This document shows positions 25,485 through 34,363 of a stretch of 64,000 nucleotides of DNA, piece after piece. The first letter of the stretch is position 1, and each line of letters opens with the position of its first letter. This DNA comes from an uncultured Clostridia bacterium (GTDB lineage Bacteria > Bacillota > Clostridia > Christensenellales > UBA1242). The DNA lies in contig CALWCW010000066.1 of assembly GCA_944376495.1 (NCBI GenBank), positions 3,299 through 67,298 of the forward strand, read 5' to 3'. The notes under the pieces are model-generated. The model did not search any database. It had not been told where the DNA came from and worked only from the letters and a program-made list of their open reading frames with translations. A program made the translations under genes and the position numbers.

Positions 25485-27218
25485 ATGATTTTTGAAAATG
25501 AATATAGGACTATTGATTGTGGTAGTTTAAGAATTTCAGATGTTGGAAGCACTCAAAGGCTTGCTGGTTTTGTTGATACCATAAGAAAATTAGGTGGAAT
25601 TACATTTGGAGTTTTAAGAGATTTCTATGGCAAGACGCAAATTATTTTGCCTGAAAATTTAGATTTAGAATTAAATCGAGAAGACGTTGTCACTGTTTCT
25701 GGGCAAGTTCGAGAACGTTCAAGCAAAAATCCAGCAATGGCAACTGGCGATATAGAACTTGTTGTTGAAAGTATTGAAATTTTAGGCAAATGCGAACATG
25801 TCCTTCCTTTTGAAATTAAAACGAGTGAAAGTGTTAATGAAGACTTAAGACTTAAGTATAGATATTTAGATTTAAGAGCCGATTACAATAAGGAGATGTT
25901 AAAATTACGAAGTGACTTAATGCACTATGTTCGCAATTTTATGCACGATTTGGGATTTTTGGAAGTTCAAACTCCAATTTTGACCGCATCAAGTCCAGAG
26001 GGGGCAAGGGATTTCCTGGTTCCTTCAAGATTAAATAAAGGCAAATTTTATGCACTTCCTCAAGCACCTCAACAATTTAAACAACTTCTTATGACAAGCG
26101 GGGTTGATAAATACTTTCAAATAGCACCTTGCTTCAGAGATGAAGATGCAAGAGCCGACCGCTCTCCAACAGAATTTTATCAAATAGATATGGAAATGGC
26201 ATTTGCAACTCAAGAAGAAGTTTTTAAGGTTGTTGAACAATTGTATGCTGGAATTTTCGAAAAGTTTGCTGGCAAAAGACCTGCAACACCATTTAAACGT
26301 TTGACTTTCGAGGAAGCGATGAGAGATTATTGCTCTGATAAACCAGATATGAGAAATCCTTTAAAAGTTAGTGATGTAACAGACATATTTGCAAATTCAT
26401 CTTTCAATGCGTTTAAAGATAATGTTATAAAAGCAATTAAAGTTGATTGCAAAGATAAAGGCAGAAAATTCTATGATAGTTTGACAGAATTTTTAAAATC
26501 AAGAGAAGCAAAAGGGCTTGCCTATGTTCGTGTCAATGAGGCAGGCGAGTTTGAAACTGGAATTTCAAAATTCATAACAGATGATGAAAAGAAACTTTTG
26601 AAAGAGCGAATGGAATACAAAGAAGGCGAAACAATTTTCTTTGTCGCAGATGAAAAAGACAGGGTCATAAAATTTGCAGACCTTTTAAGACAAGAACTTG
26701 GAAAACGACTTGAACTTATTGATTTGGATGATTATAGTTTTGTTTGGATTGTCGATTTTCCTTTCTATGAACTTGATGATGAAGGAAACATTTGTTTTTC
26801 ACATAATCCTTTCAGTTTACCACAAGAAAGCATTGAAGAGGTTAAGAAAAATCCTCTTTCTGCCAAAGCATATCAATATGACCTTGTCATAAATGGCTAT
26901 GAAAGTTTATCTGGTGCTGTTAGAAATCATAGACCAGACTACATGGTAGAACTATTTAAAATTGCAGGGTATGATAAATCAGTGGTAGAAAATAAATTCC
27001 CAGCACTTTATAATGCCTTCTCTTATGGTGCACCTCCACACTGCGGAATGGGTGCGGGATTTGATAGGCTTATGATGCTTCTTACTCACAATGAGTTTAT
27101 AAGAGATGTCATAGCTTTCCCTATGAACAAAAATGGTTGCGACCCACTCACAAATGCACCAAATGTTGTTGATGAAAAACTATTAAGAGATGTTCATATA
27201 AAATTGATTGATGATTAA
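25485..27218 (+). CDS. aspS: Aspartate--tRNA ligase
   Basis: ATG at 25485 after AAAGGAG. Bacterial-length class IIb enzyme with OB-fold N-terminus, motif 2 FRDEDARADR and motif 3 GAGFDRL. Confidence 0.93.
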   Translation: MIFENEYRTIDCGSLRISDVGSTQRLAGFVDTIRKLGGITFGVLRDFYGKTQIILPENLDLELNREDVVTVSGQVRERSSKNPAMATGDIELVVESIEILGKCEHVLPFEIKTSESVNEDLRLKYRYLDLRADYNKEMLKLRSDLMHYVRNFMHDLGFLEVQTPILTASSPEGARDFLVPSRLNKGKFYALPQAPQQFKQLLMTSGVDKYFQIAPCFRDEDARADRSPTEFYQIDMEMAFATQEEVFKVVEQLYAGIFEKFAGKRPATPFKRLTFEEAMRDYCSDKPDMRNPLKVSDVTDIFANSSFNAFKDNVIKAIKVDCKDKGRKFYDSLTEFLKSREAKGLAYVRVNEAGEFETGISKFITDDEKKLLKERMEYKEGETIFFVADEKDRVIKFADLLRQELGKRLELIDLDDYSFVWIVDFPFYELDDEGNICFSHNPFSLPQESIEEVKKNPLSAKAYQYDLVINGYESLSGAVRNHRPDYMVELFKIAGYDKSVVENKFPALYNAFSYGAPPHCGMGAGFDRLMMLLTHNEFIRDVIAFPMNKNGCDPLTNAPNVVDEKLLRDVHIKLIDD

Positions 27219-27430
27219 ATAATAACAAAAAAAATAAATAATTAATTAAAATAAATAATTAATTAAAATAAAAAATGATTAAAATTAAAAATAAATAATT
27301 GATTAATAATTTAATTAATAATTAATAAAAATTATAAAAATGCTTAAAAATTAAATTAAAAATAATTATTTAATAAAAACAAATTAAAATTTGAAAAAAA
27401 ATAAATATTATTAATTTATTGAAAATAATT
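27219..27430. other. Almost pure A+T spacer (aspS-asnS)
   Basis: About 210 bp with about 8 G/C by my count. Contains the tandem word ATAAATAATTAATTAAAA twice. No hairpin terminator. Confidence 0.9.
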
Positions 27431-27442
27431 AAAGGAGTGATT

Positions 27443-28831
27443 ATGAAAAGAACAGAAATAAGAGATTTATATAGGACATATCAAGATTTTAAAGATAAAG
27501 AAATTATAGTATGCGGTTGGGCAAGAACTATTCGAGATTCAAAAAATATCGCCTTTATTGAACTCAATGATGGGGCATTTAAAAGTGTTCAAATTGTTGT
27601 TGAAAGAGATAAAATTGAAAATTACGAGCAAGTTGTCAAAGAGAACGTTGGCACTTCATTTGAAATTCAAGGTCGTGTTATTCTTACTCCAAACGCACAA
27701 CAACCTTTTGAAATAAATGCTAGTGTTGTTCAAATTTTAGGTTCATGCGACCTTGATTATCCTCTTCAAAAGAAACGTCATACTATTGAATTTTTAAGGA
27801 CTATTCCAACTATAAGGGCAAGAGGAAATCTTTTTAACGCAGTTTTCAGGATTCGTTCTGTCGCATCATTTGCGATTCATAAATTTTTCAATGAGAGAAA
27901 CTTTGTCTATGTTCATACTCCAATAATCACTTCAAACGACTGTGAAGGGGCAGGTGAAATGTTCCAAGTGACGACATTAGACCTTGATAAGCCACCAATG
28001 AAAGACGGAAAAGTTGATTATAGTCAAGATTTCTTTGGGAAGAAAGTTTCGCTCACTGTTTCTGGACAACTTCATGAAGAAACTTTAACTCATGCTTTTG
28101 GGAAAACCTATACCTTTGGACCAACTTTTAGGGCTGAAAATTCAAATACATCTCGTCATGCTGCTGAGTTTTGGATGATGGAGCCAGAAATGTGCTTTTG
28201 CGATTTAGAAGAACTTATGGATAACGAAGAAGAAATGGTCAAATATGTCATTTCATACGTTATGCAAGAGTGTCACGATGAACTTGAATTTTTAAATAAA
28301 TTTGTTGACACTGGACTTATTGAAAGACTTCAAAATGTTGTTCAAAATGAGTTTGTTAGACTTGATTATACGCAGGCTATTGAAATTTTGAAAAAAGTGA
28401 AAGACAGATTTGTATTTCCAGTTGAATGGGGAGTTGATTTGCAGTCTGAACATGAACGTTATCTTACCGAAGAAGTATATAAAAAACCTGTATTTTTAAA
28501 GAACTACCCAAAAGATATCAAGGCATTTTATATGCGTCAAAATGATGACGGGAAAACTGTTGCGGCAGTTGATATGCTTGTCCCAGGTATTGGCGAACTA
28601 TGTGGCGGAAGTCAAAGAGAGGAACGTCTTGAAAAATTAAAGACAAGAATAAATGAATTAGGACTTAAAGAAGAAGATTATTCTTGGTATCTTGACACTA
28701 GACGTTATGGAACCAACATTCATTCTGGATATGGACTCGGTTTTGAAAGACTTGTAATGTATTTGACAGGTATTTCAAACATAAGAGATGTTGAATTTTT
28801 CCCAAGAACTGTAGGTTCTATACAAGGATAA
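27443..28831 (+). CDS. asnS: Asparagine--tRNA ligase
   Basis: ATG at 27443 after AAAGGAG. Class IIb with motif 2 FRAENSNTSRHAAEFWMME and motif 3 GYGLGFERL. Confidence 0.92.
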   Translation: MKRTEIRDLYRTYQDFKDKEIIVCGWARTIRDSKNIAFIELNDGAFKSVQIVVERDKIENYEQVVKENVGTSFEIQGRVILTPNAQQPFEINASVVQILGSCDLDYPLQKKRHTIEFLRTIPTIRARGNLFNAVFRIRSVASFAIHKFFNERNFVYVHTPIITSNDCEGAGEMFQVTTLDLDKPPMKDGKVDYSQDFFGKKVSLTVSGQLHEETLTHAFGKTYTFGPTFRAENSNTSRHAAEFWMMEPEMCFCDLEELMDNEEEMVKYVISYVMQECHDELEFLNKFVDTGLIERLQNVVQNEFVRLDYTQAIEILKKVKDRFVFPVEWGVDLQSEHERYLTEEVYKKPVFLKNYPKDIKAFYMRQNDDGKTVAAVDMLVPGIGELCGGSQREERLEKLKTRINELGLKEEDYSWYLDTRRYGTNIHSGYGLGFERLVMYLTGISNIRDVEFFPRTVGSIQG

Positions 28832-28882
28832 AAAATTTTAATAAATTTGAAATTGAACAAATAAAAATCTTAAAAAAAATAA

Positions 28883-28920
28883 AAAAGATGATAAAATTAT
28901 GAATATCATCTTTTTTATTT
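28883..28920 (+). terminator. Rho-independent terminator (asnS)
   Basis: AAAAGATGAT-12 nt-ATCATCTTTT followed by TTATTT. Confidence 0.65.
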
Positions 28921-29012
28921 ATTTTATTTTTATTAATTTTTGTGTTAAGAATTTATTTTTAATTATTTTTTTATAATTATTTTTTTTATAATTATTTTTT
29001 TATTTAAAATAA

Positions 29013-29435
29013 TTATTTTTCTAAATCGTGAATAATGAAGTCGTTTAAATGGTCAGGGGTTATAATGCTATGTAAATCATGTGAGCGAACTCCAACAAAA
29101 GCACCAAACGAACTTTTTACAAAACCAACATAATTATTTTTTTGAATCGATTTATAATAGTTTGAAAGTTCTCCGTATTTTTGACGTATCTGTTCGGCTG
29201 AAATAAAATTCCCTATTAAATATTTTTTTCTATAGATAGGTTCTGATTGCAAGTTTATTATATTATTGCCTATTTTACTATTTTTCTCTAGTTGGTCAAA
29301 TAAAATAATCTGAAAGGTTGTTTCTGGAATTTGAACCTTTTTATTATTTTTAAACTCTACAACGTTAGTTTGAATAACATCTTGAGATGGCACAAATTGA
29401 TTGTTTTGGTAATAACCTGCGTAAAATAATCTCAT
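29013..29435 (-). CDS. Hypothetical 140-aa protein
   Basis: ORF only. No SD. Lies 30 nt downstream of the 88-aa ORF. Confidence 0.5.
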   Translation of the reverse strand: MRLFYAGYYQNNQFVPSQDVIQTNVVEFKNNKKVQIPETTFQIILFDQLEKNSKIGNNIINLQSEPIYRKKYLIGNFISAEQIRQKYGELSNYYKSIQKNNYVGFVKSSFGAFVGVRSHDLHSIITPDHLNDFIIHDLEK

Positions 29436-29465
29436 ATTATGAGTTATTGAAGTTTTTGTAATAAC

Positions 29466-29732
29466 TTAGCCAAAAGTTAATTCATCCTTTAATTTCATTG
29501 CATTTAATTTTTTTGTTTTAGGGTCTATAGAAAATTTTGTTTGATTGAATTTTTGACTTGAAAGAATGAATTTTTTATTTTTATATATAACTATTTCTTT
29601 AATTTTATCATACAGAAAAAGACCTATTGCATCTTTAGGAATTTTTACACATTTAATATCATTCTTTTTAATTCTTTTTATTATGCTTTTTTGATTTGGA
29701 AATTGAAATAGAACATAATGATATATCTTCAT
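29466..29732 (-). CDS. Hypothetical 88-aa basic protein
   Basis: ORF with a weak SD (AAGGA, 9-nt spacing). Confidence 0.5.
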   Translation of the reverse strand: MKIYHYVLFQFPNQKSIIKRIKKNDIKCVKIPKDAIGLFLYDKIKEIVIYKNKKFILSSQKFNQTKFSIDPKTKKLNAMKLKDELTFG

Positions 29733-29969
29733 AAACTCAATCCTTTTTTATTATTTTACTATGATAAACAACAAAAGTCAATATCTTTTAAAGATTTATG
29801 ATGTGTAAATTATTTTATTATATCTCTAAATAAAAATCAATATTATTTGACATATTTTTTGTCATTATGTCAAATTTCTACATTTTTGTCTTTGCGAGAG
29901 TAATAAGTTTAAGTTTATAATGATTTAGACAACTTATTATTTTTATACAATAATAAAAAGGTGATTATT

Positions 29970-32249
29970 ATGAACATTAAGCTTAAATATGCGTTATTAT
30001 TCTTGGGCTACAGTATTCTATTTTTTGTCTTATCAAGGGCAAGCATTTATAACATTATTTTTCCTTTTGCCTTTTCAATGCTTTTTGCTCTTGCTTGGGC
30101 AGAACAAAAGGTTTGGCTTTTATTACCAGCATACTTAATAGGGACAATAGCAAACAATTATTCTTTTGAGGGGATTATATCTTCGCTCGTTACAATTTTT
30201 GTTTTAGCGTTCCCTTACTATTTACATTTGGTCATTAAAAAACCAATGAAAAAGGTAGAACTTTTTATTTATGCTGGATTTAGTCAAGTTGCATATTTAA
30301 TCTTTAGCATTCTTGCAAATCTAAATCCAATAAGTTATATTGGCACAATCTTGGTAGGACTTATTTTTCTATATTTATCAATCAGCCTTTTTGAATCATT
30401 GCTTTCAAGAGGATTAAGTTATAAACTCACAACCTTTGAAATGGTTTGCGGCTCTATTATTCTAATGGCTTTTAGTTGCGGACTTGCCACTTGTGATATT
30501 TATGGTTTTTCATTTTTAAAACTTATTGTTTCATTTTTAATATTAACAATTTCATATTCTTCAAGTATCAGCAATACTCTTCTTTTTAGTGCTATCACGG
30601 GGCTAGGAACGTTACTAGGAAATAATAATGCTATTTTTGTTGCGCCTTTTATTATATGGACTTTAGCGGTTATAATGTTTAGAACTCGTAACCGAATTTT
30701 TCCAGCACTGGCATTAGTAATAAGTGAGTTAATCATAAATTATTATTTTGATTTGTATTATACGCAGGAATTTTTAAACTTTATACCAATAATTTTAAGC
30801 GGAGTGATATTTGTGATTTTACCAACCCAATTTTATAATGAAATTTCTGTCCTTCTTTCTAGTAATAATGAACGCCTTGCAATGAAAAATGTTGTTAATC
30901 GAAATCGCGAACTTTTATATAGACGTCTCAATAATCTTTCAGAAGTGTTTTTTGAAATGAATCATGTCTTTCGTAAATTAATCAAAACGGGAATGAGTGA
31001 AGAAGAAATTAAAGATATGCTTTATGAAGAATTAAAAAATACTATTTGCAAGGGTTGTAGTGAACAAAAACATTGCCATAGAACCTTTAGTGAAGATACT
31101 AAAAAAATATTTAAAGAATTGATTACTATTGCTTTTGAGCGGGGAAAGATAACATTGCTTGATTTTCCAAGTTATCTTTCCTCAAGATGTGCAAAAACAA
31201 ACTATCTTATCAATGAAATCAACACGCTTACAAAGCAATATAAATCTTATTCACAACTTGTTGGCAATGTAGATACAAGTAAACTTTTAATTTCAGACCA
31301 ACTCGCCGGCATTTCCGGGATTATGAAATCGCTGGCCAGTGAAGTTGAAACTCAAGTTTCATTTGATTCATCACGAGAAAATAAAATTATTGACGAATTA
31401 TCAACAAACAATATCATTTGTTCTGATGTCGTGGTCTATGAACAAGATGCAAAAACTATGATGGCATCAATGGTGGTTCGAGAAGAGGATGTTTCTAAAT
31501 TAAAAATGCAACAAATTGTTTCAAAAATTTGTGGTAATAAAATGACTATTTTTGAAACTTTTCCTTCTACAAAAGCGGGAATGATTAATGTGAGTTTGAA
31601 AACTGCACCAAGATTTGATTGTCTTTTTGGTCTTTCTTCTCATGCAAAAAGTGGAAATACTATTTCTGGCGATTGTCATTGTATCGAAAGGCTTGACGGC
31701 GAAAAATTTATGTTTGCTATATGTGATGGTATGGGAAGTGGCGAACAGGCAGGACAAAAATCTGAAACTGCAATTAGTTTAATTGAAAACTTTTATAAAG
31801 CGGGGTTTGATAATGAAATCATATTGTCATCTGTCAACAAACTTTTAAATCTAGAAAGTGATGACGTCTTTTCAACAATTGACATTTGTATTGTCGATTT
31901 AAAAAACGGTATTGCAGACTTTGTTAAAATGGGGAGTGCATCTTCTTTTATTCGTGGGCAAGAGGGTTGCAAAATTTTAGAGTGTTCAGCACTTCCAATG
32001 GGAATATTACAAGATGTTTCACCGCTTACTAAAAAAGTAGTTTTATGCGAAAAAGATTTTATAATTTTATGTTCTGATGGTATTAATGATACCTTTGGTA
32101 GTGATGGCGAGATGAAAGATTTCTTACTTACAATAAAAACCGCAAATCCTCAAGAATTTGCTGATAAAATACTAGAAAAGGCTCTTGCTAATAATAATGG
32201 TTATGCCGTTGATGATATGACTTGTCTTGTTATTAAGATTTTTAATTAA
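29970..32249 (+). CDS. spoIIE: Stage II sporulation protein E (membrane PP2C phosphatase)
   Basis: About 10 N-terminal TM segments, a central region, and a C-terminal PP2C domain (..FAICDGMGSGEQA.., ..DDMTCLVIKI). ATG at 29970 after AAGGTGA. Confidence 0.88.
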   Translation: MNIKLKYALLFLGYSILFFVLSRASIYNIIFPFAFSMLFALAWAEQKVWLLLPAYLIGTIANNYSFEGIISSLVTIFVLAFPYYLHLVIKKPMKKVELFIYAGFSQVAYLIFSILANLNPISYIGTILVGLIFLYLSISLFESLLSRGLSYKLTTFEMVCGSIILMAFSCGLATCDIYGFSFLKLIVSFLILTISYSSSISNTLLFSAITGLGTLLGNNNAIFVAPFIIWTLAVIMFRTRNRIFPALALVISELIINYYFDLYYTQEFLNFIPIILSGVIFVILPTQFYNEISVLLSSNNERLAMKNVVNRNRELLYRRLNNLSEVFFEMNHVFRKLIKTGMSEEEIKDMLYEELKNTICKGCSEQKHCHRTFSEDTKKIFKELITIAFERGKITLLDFPSYLSSRCAKTNYLINEINTLTKQYKSYSQLVGNVDTSKLLISDQLAGISGIMKSLASEVETQVSFDSSRENKIIDELSTNNIICSDVVVYEQDAKTMMASMVVREEDVSKLKMQQIVSKICGNKMTIFETFPSTKAGMINVSLKTAPRFDCLFGLSSHAKSGNTISGDCHCIERLDGEKFMFAICDGMGSGEQAGQKSETAISLIENFYKAGFDNEIILSSVNKLLNLESDDVFSTIDICIVDLKNGIADFVKMGSASSFIRGQEGCKILECSALPMGILQDVSPLTKKVVLCEKDFIILCSDGINDTFGSDGEMKDFLLTIKTANPQEFADKILEKALANNNGYAVDDMTCLVIKIFN

Positions 32250-32334
32250 TAGATTATATTGATTAAAAATATTGTAAAATAATTTTAAAAAAAATATAAT
32301 TATTTAGATTTTTAATATTTTTAACATTAATTAT

Positions 32335-32363
32335 TTGCAACAAAATATTATATATTGTATAAT
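32335..32363 (+). promoter_or_regulatory. Promoter TTGCAA-17-TATAAT directly abutting element copy 2
   Basis: -35 at 32335-32340 and -10 at 32358-32363. The closing stem of the element starts at 32365. Confidence 0.65.
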
Positions 32364-32364
32364 T

Positions 32365-32454
32365 GGGTGAGAAAATCAAATTTTGAACTTTGTTCAAAAT
32401 TTTAATAATGCTGACGCATTATTGCGTGCGTGGAAGCACGCGATTTTCTCACCC
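32365..32454. repeat. Cloverleaf-like nested-palindrome element, copy 2 (possible 5' leader structure of tilS)
   Basis: Closing stem GGGTGAGAAAATC/GATTTTCTCACCC (13 bp) encloses AAATTTTGAAC-ttt-GTTCAAAATTT, AATAATGC-tgac-GCATTATT and GCGTGC-gtggaa-GCACGC. Confidence 0.7.
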
Positions 32455-32486
32455 TTTCAACGTAAAGAGAAAACAAGGAGAGAGAA

Positions 32487-33821
32487 ATGCTTAACTGTGA
32501 GAAGTTTATAACTGATAATGGTTTATTTAAAAGCGGTGAAATTATAGGAGTTGGATGTAGTGGTGGCAGTGATTCAATGGCACTACTGCATTATTTAAGC
32601 GAAAATCAAGAAAAATTTGACATAGAAGTGGTTGCAATTCATATTGACCATGAAATTCGTGAAAATAGTTATCAAGATGCAGACTTTGTCAAGGAAAAGG
32701 CAAAAGAATTTGGCGTAAGGTTTTATAAGTTTAGAGTAGATGTTCCAAAACTTGCAAAAGAAAAAGGCATTGGGATTGAAATGGCTGCTAGAGAGGCTCG
32801 CTATAATATTTTCAAATCACTTTTAAATAAAGGAATTATTGATAAAATTGCACTGGCTCATCATGTTTCTGACCAAGCAGAAACTGTCCTTATGCACATT
32901 TTTAGAGGCTCGGGTATAGCTGGTGCAAGGGGAATGAGTGCAATTAGCGAAAATATGTATGTTCGTCCATTTTTAAATACCACAAAAGATGAAATTTTGG
33001 ATTATTTAAATGAAAATCATATAGACTATTGCGAGGATGAAACAAACATAGATACAGATTATAATCGAAATTTTGTTAGACATGTGCTTATGAAAGAAAT
33101 AAAAACTCGTTGGCCTAATGCTGAATTAGCAATTGCAAATTTTGCGAAGGCAGTAAAAGATGATGATGACTATATCAATAAACAAATTTACGCAGATGCA
33201 ATTATGAGCGAAGATAAAACTGTAAAAATACCTTTGTCTTATTTCCTATATGATAACGCACTTGTCAGCCGAACTATATTTAAAGCATTAAAATCTATAG
33301 GCATAGAAAAAGATATTGAAAGAAAACATCTTGAGGCTATTAAAGAACTTGCTATAAATGGAGAAAATGGGAAAAGAATATATCTGCCTTTTGAAGCCAT
33401 TGCAATAAAAGAATATGATTATTTAACAATATATAATAGGCATAAAGAAGAAGTTACTTTTAACGAAGAATTTAAAACGGGCGAATTTAATGTTGCTTAT
33501 AAAGGGGTTTTAATTGTAAAACGGGTTAAAGACTTTAATCTTCAAGAAGGGCAACTATTGATAGATTATAGAAAAGTTCCTAAAGATGCAAAATGGCGAT
33601 TTAGACAAGATGGAGATGTGTTTACGAAATTTGGTGGCGGAACTAAAAAATTAAAATCATATATGATTGATAAAAAAATACCTTCTAGAATAAGAGATTT
33701 CATTCCTGTCCTTGCAAGTGGGAACGAAATATTTGCAATTGCAGGAGTAGAAATATCGGATAAAGTTAAAGTTGAAGATGTCCCGACGGCATATCTAGTT
33801 GACTTTAAATTAAATAAATAA
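32487..33821 (+). CDS. tilS: tRNA(Ile)-lysidine synthase
   Basis: PP-loop VGCSGGSDSMAL, a TilS substrate-binding middle and C-terminal domain. SD AAGGAGAG. Sits downstream of spoIIE, as in Bacillus-type synteny. Confidence 0.9.
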   Translation: MLNCEKFITDNGLFKSGEIIGVGCSGGSDSMALLHYLSENQEKFDIEVVAIHIDHEIRENSYQDADFVKEKAKEFGVRFYKFRVDVPKLAKEKGIGIEMAAREARYNIFKSLLNKGIIDKIALAHHVSDQAETVLMHIFRGSGIAGARGMSAISENMYVRPFLNTTKDEILDYLNENHIDYCEDETNIDTDYNRNFVRHVLMKEIKTRWPNAELAIANFAKAVKDDDDYINKQIYADAIMSEDKTVKIPLSYFLYDNALVSRTIFKALKSIGIEKDIERKHLEAIKELAINGENGKRIYLPFEAIAIKEYDYLTIYNRHKEEVTFNEEFKTGEFNVAYKGVLIVKRVKDFNLQEGQLLIDYRKVPKDAKWRFRQDGDVFTKFGGGTKKLKSYMIDKKIPSRIRDFIPVLASGNEIFAIAGVEISDKVKVEDVPTAYLVDFKLNK

Positions 33822-33969
33822 TTACTACGAAATAGTTTTTTTTGATTTCAATATATTCCATAAAAAATTATTAACTTAAAAATTAATTTGCAAATATAAA
33901 TCCACAAATTATTTGTGGATTTTTTATAAATTTAATTTTTATATATAAAGCATTAATTATTTTATAAAC

Positions 33970-33998
33970 TTGACGTTTAAATTATTTTATATTATAAT
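33970..33998 (+). promoter_or_regulatory. Promoter TTGACG-17-TATAAT, about 210 nt upstream of tRNA-Leu
   Basis: -35 at 33970-33975 and -10 at 33993-33998. Confidence 0.6.
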
Positions 33999-34216
33999 AA
34001 TAAAGAATAGAGAAAAACATAAAAAGCAAATGATACAAATTTCGGAACAATAGAAAAATGCTCATCCAAAACAATGCAAGACTATTAATAAGGTTACAAA
34101 AGTAATTAAAAACACTATGGCAATGTGGGATTCTGAGCGATTTTTAATTGATTGGGTGTAAAGTGACAGACATACAAGGTTCTGAAACTTGTGTAAATAA
34201 AATTAAAAATAAAAAT

Positions 34217-34300
34217 GCGGAAGTGGCGAAATGGCAGACGCGCAAGTTTCAGGTGCTTGTGAGTAAAATCATGTGGGTTCGACTCCCATCTTCCGCACCA
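34217..34300 (+). tRNA. tRNA-Leu (anticodon CAG), type II with long variable arm, CCA encoded
   Basis: Acceptor GCGGAAG/CTTCCGC. Anticodon stem CAAGT/GCTTG with loop TTCAGGT. Variable arm TGAGTAAAATCATGT. T-arm GTGGG-TTCGACT-CCCAT. 3' ACCA. Confidence 0.9.
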
Positions 34301-34363
34301 AAATAAAAAATAATTTAATTAAAAACAAATAATCAAAGAAAAATTTTGATAAATGGAGGAAAA

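Noticed and set aside
28962-29010. Short tandem A/T repeats (ATAATTATTTTTTT about 3 times; also the 18-nt word x2 at 27238-27273) considered as a CRISPR array or minisatellite.
   Set aside because: The units are 14-18 nt, directly abutting with no unique spacers, of pure A/T low complexity, and no cas genes are present. This is not CRISPR.
34005-34216. tRNA-Leu leader tested by eye for known housekeeping RNAs (SRP RNA, 6S, RNase P, tmRNA) or a second tRNA.
   Set aside because: None of the diagnostic motifs I know is present (no SRP domain IV loop, no GGAAAGUCC-type P4, no tRNA-like acceptor/T-arm). It is kept only as an unexplained leader.
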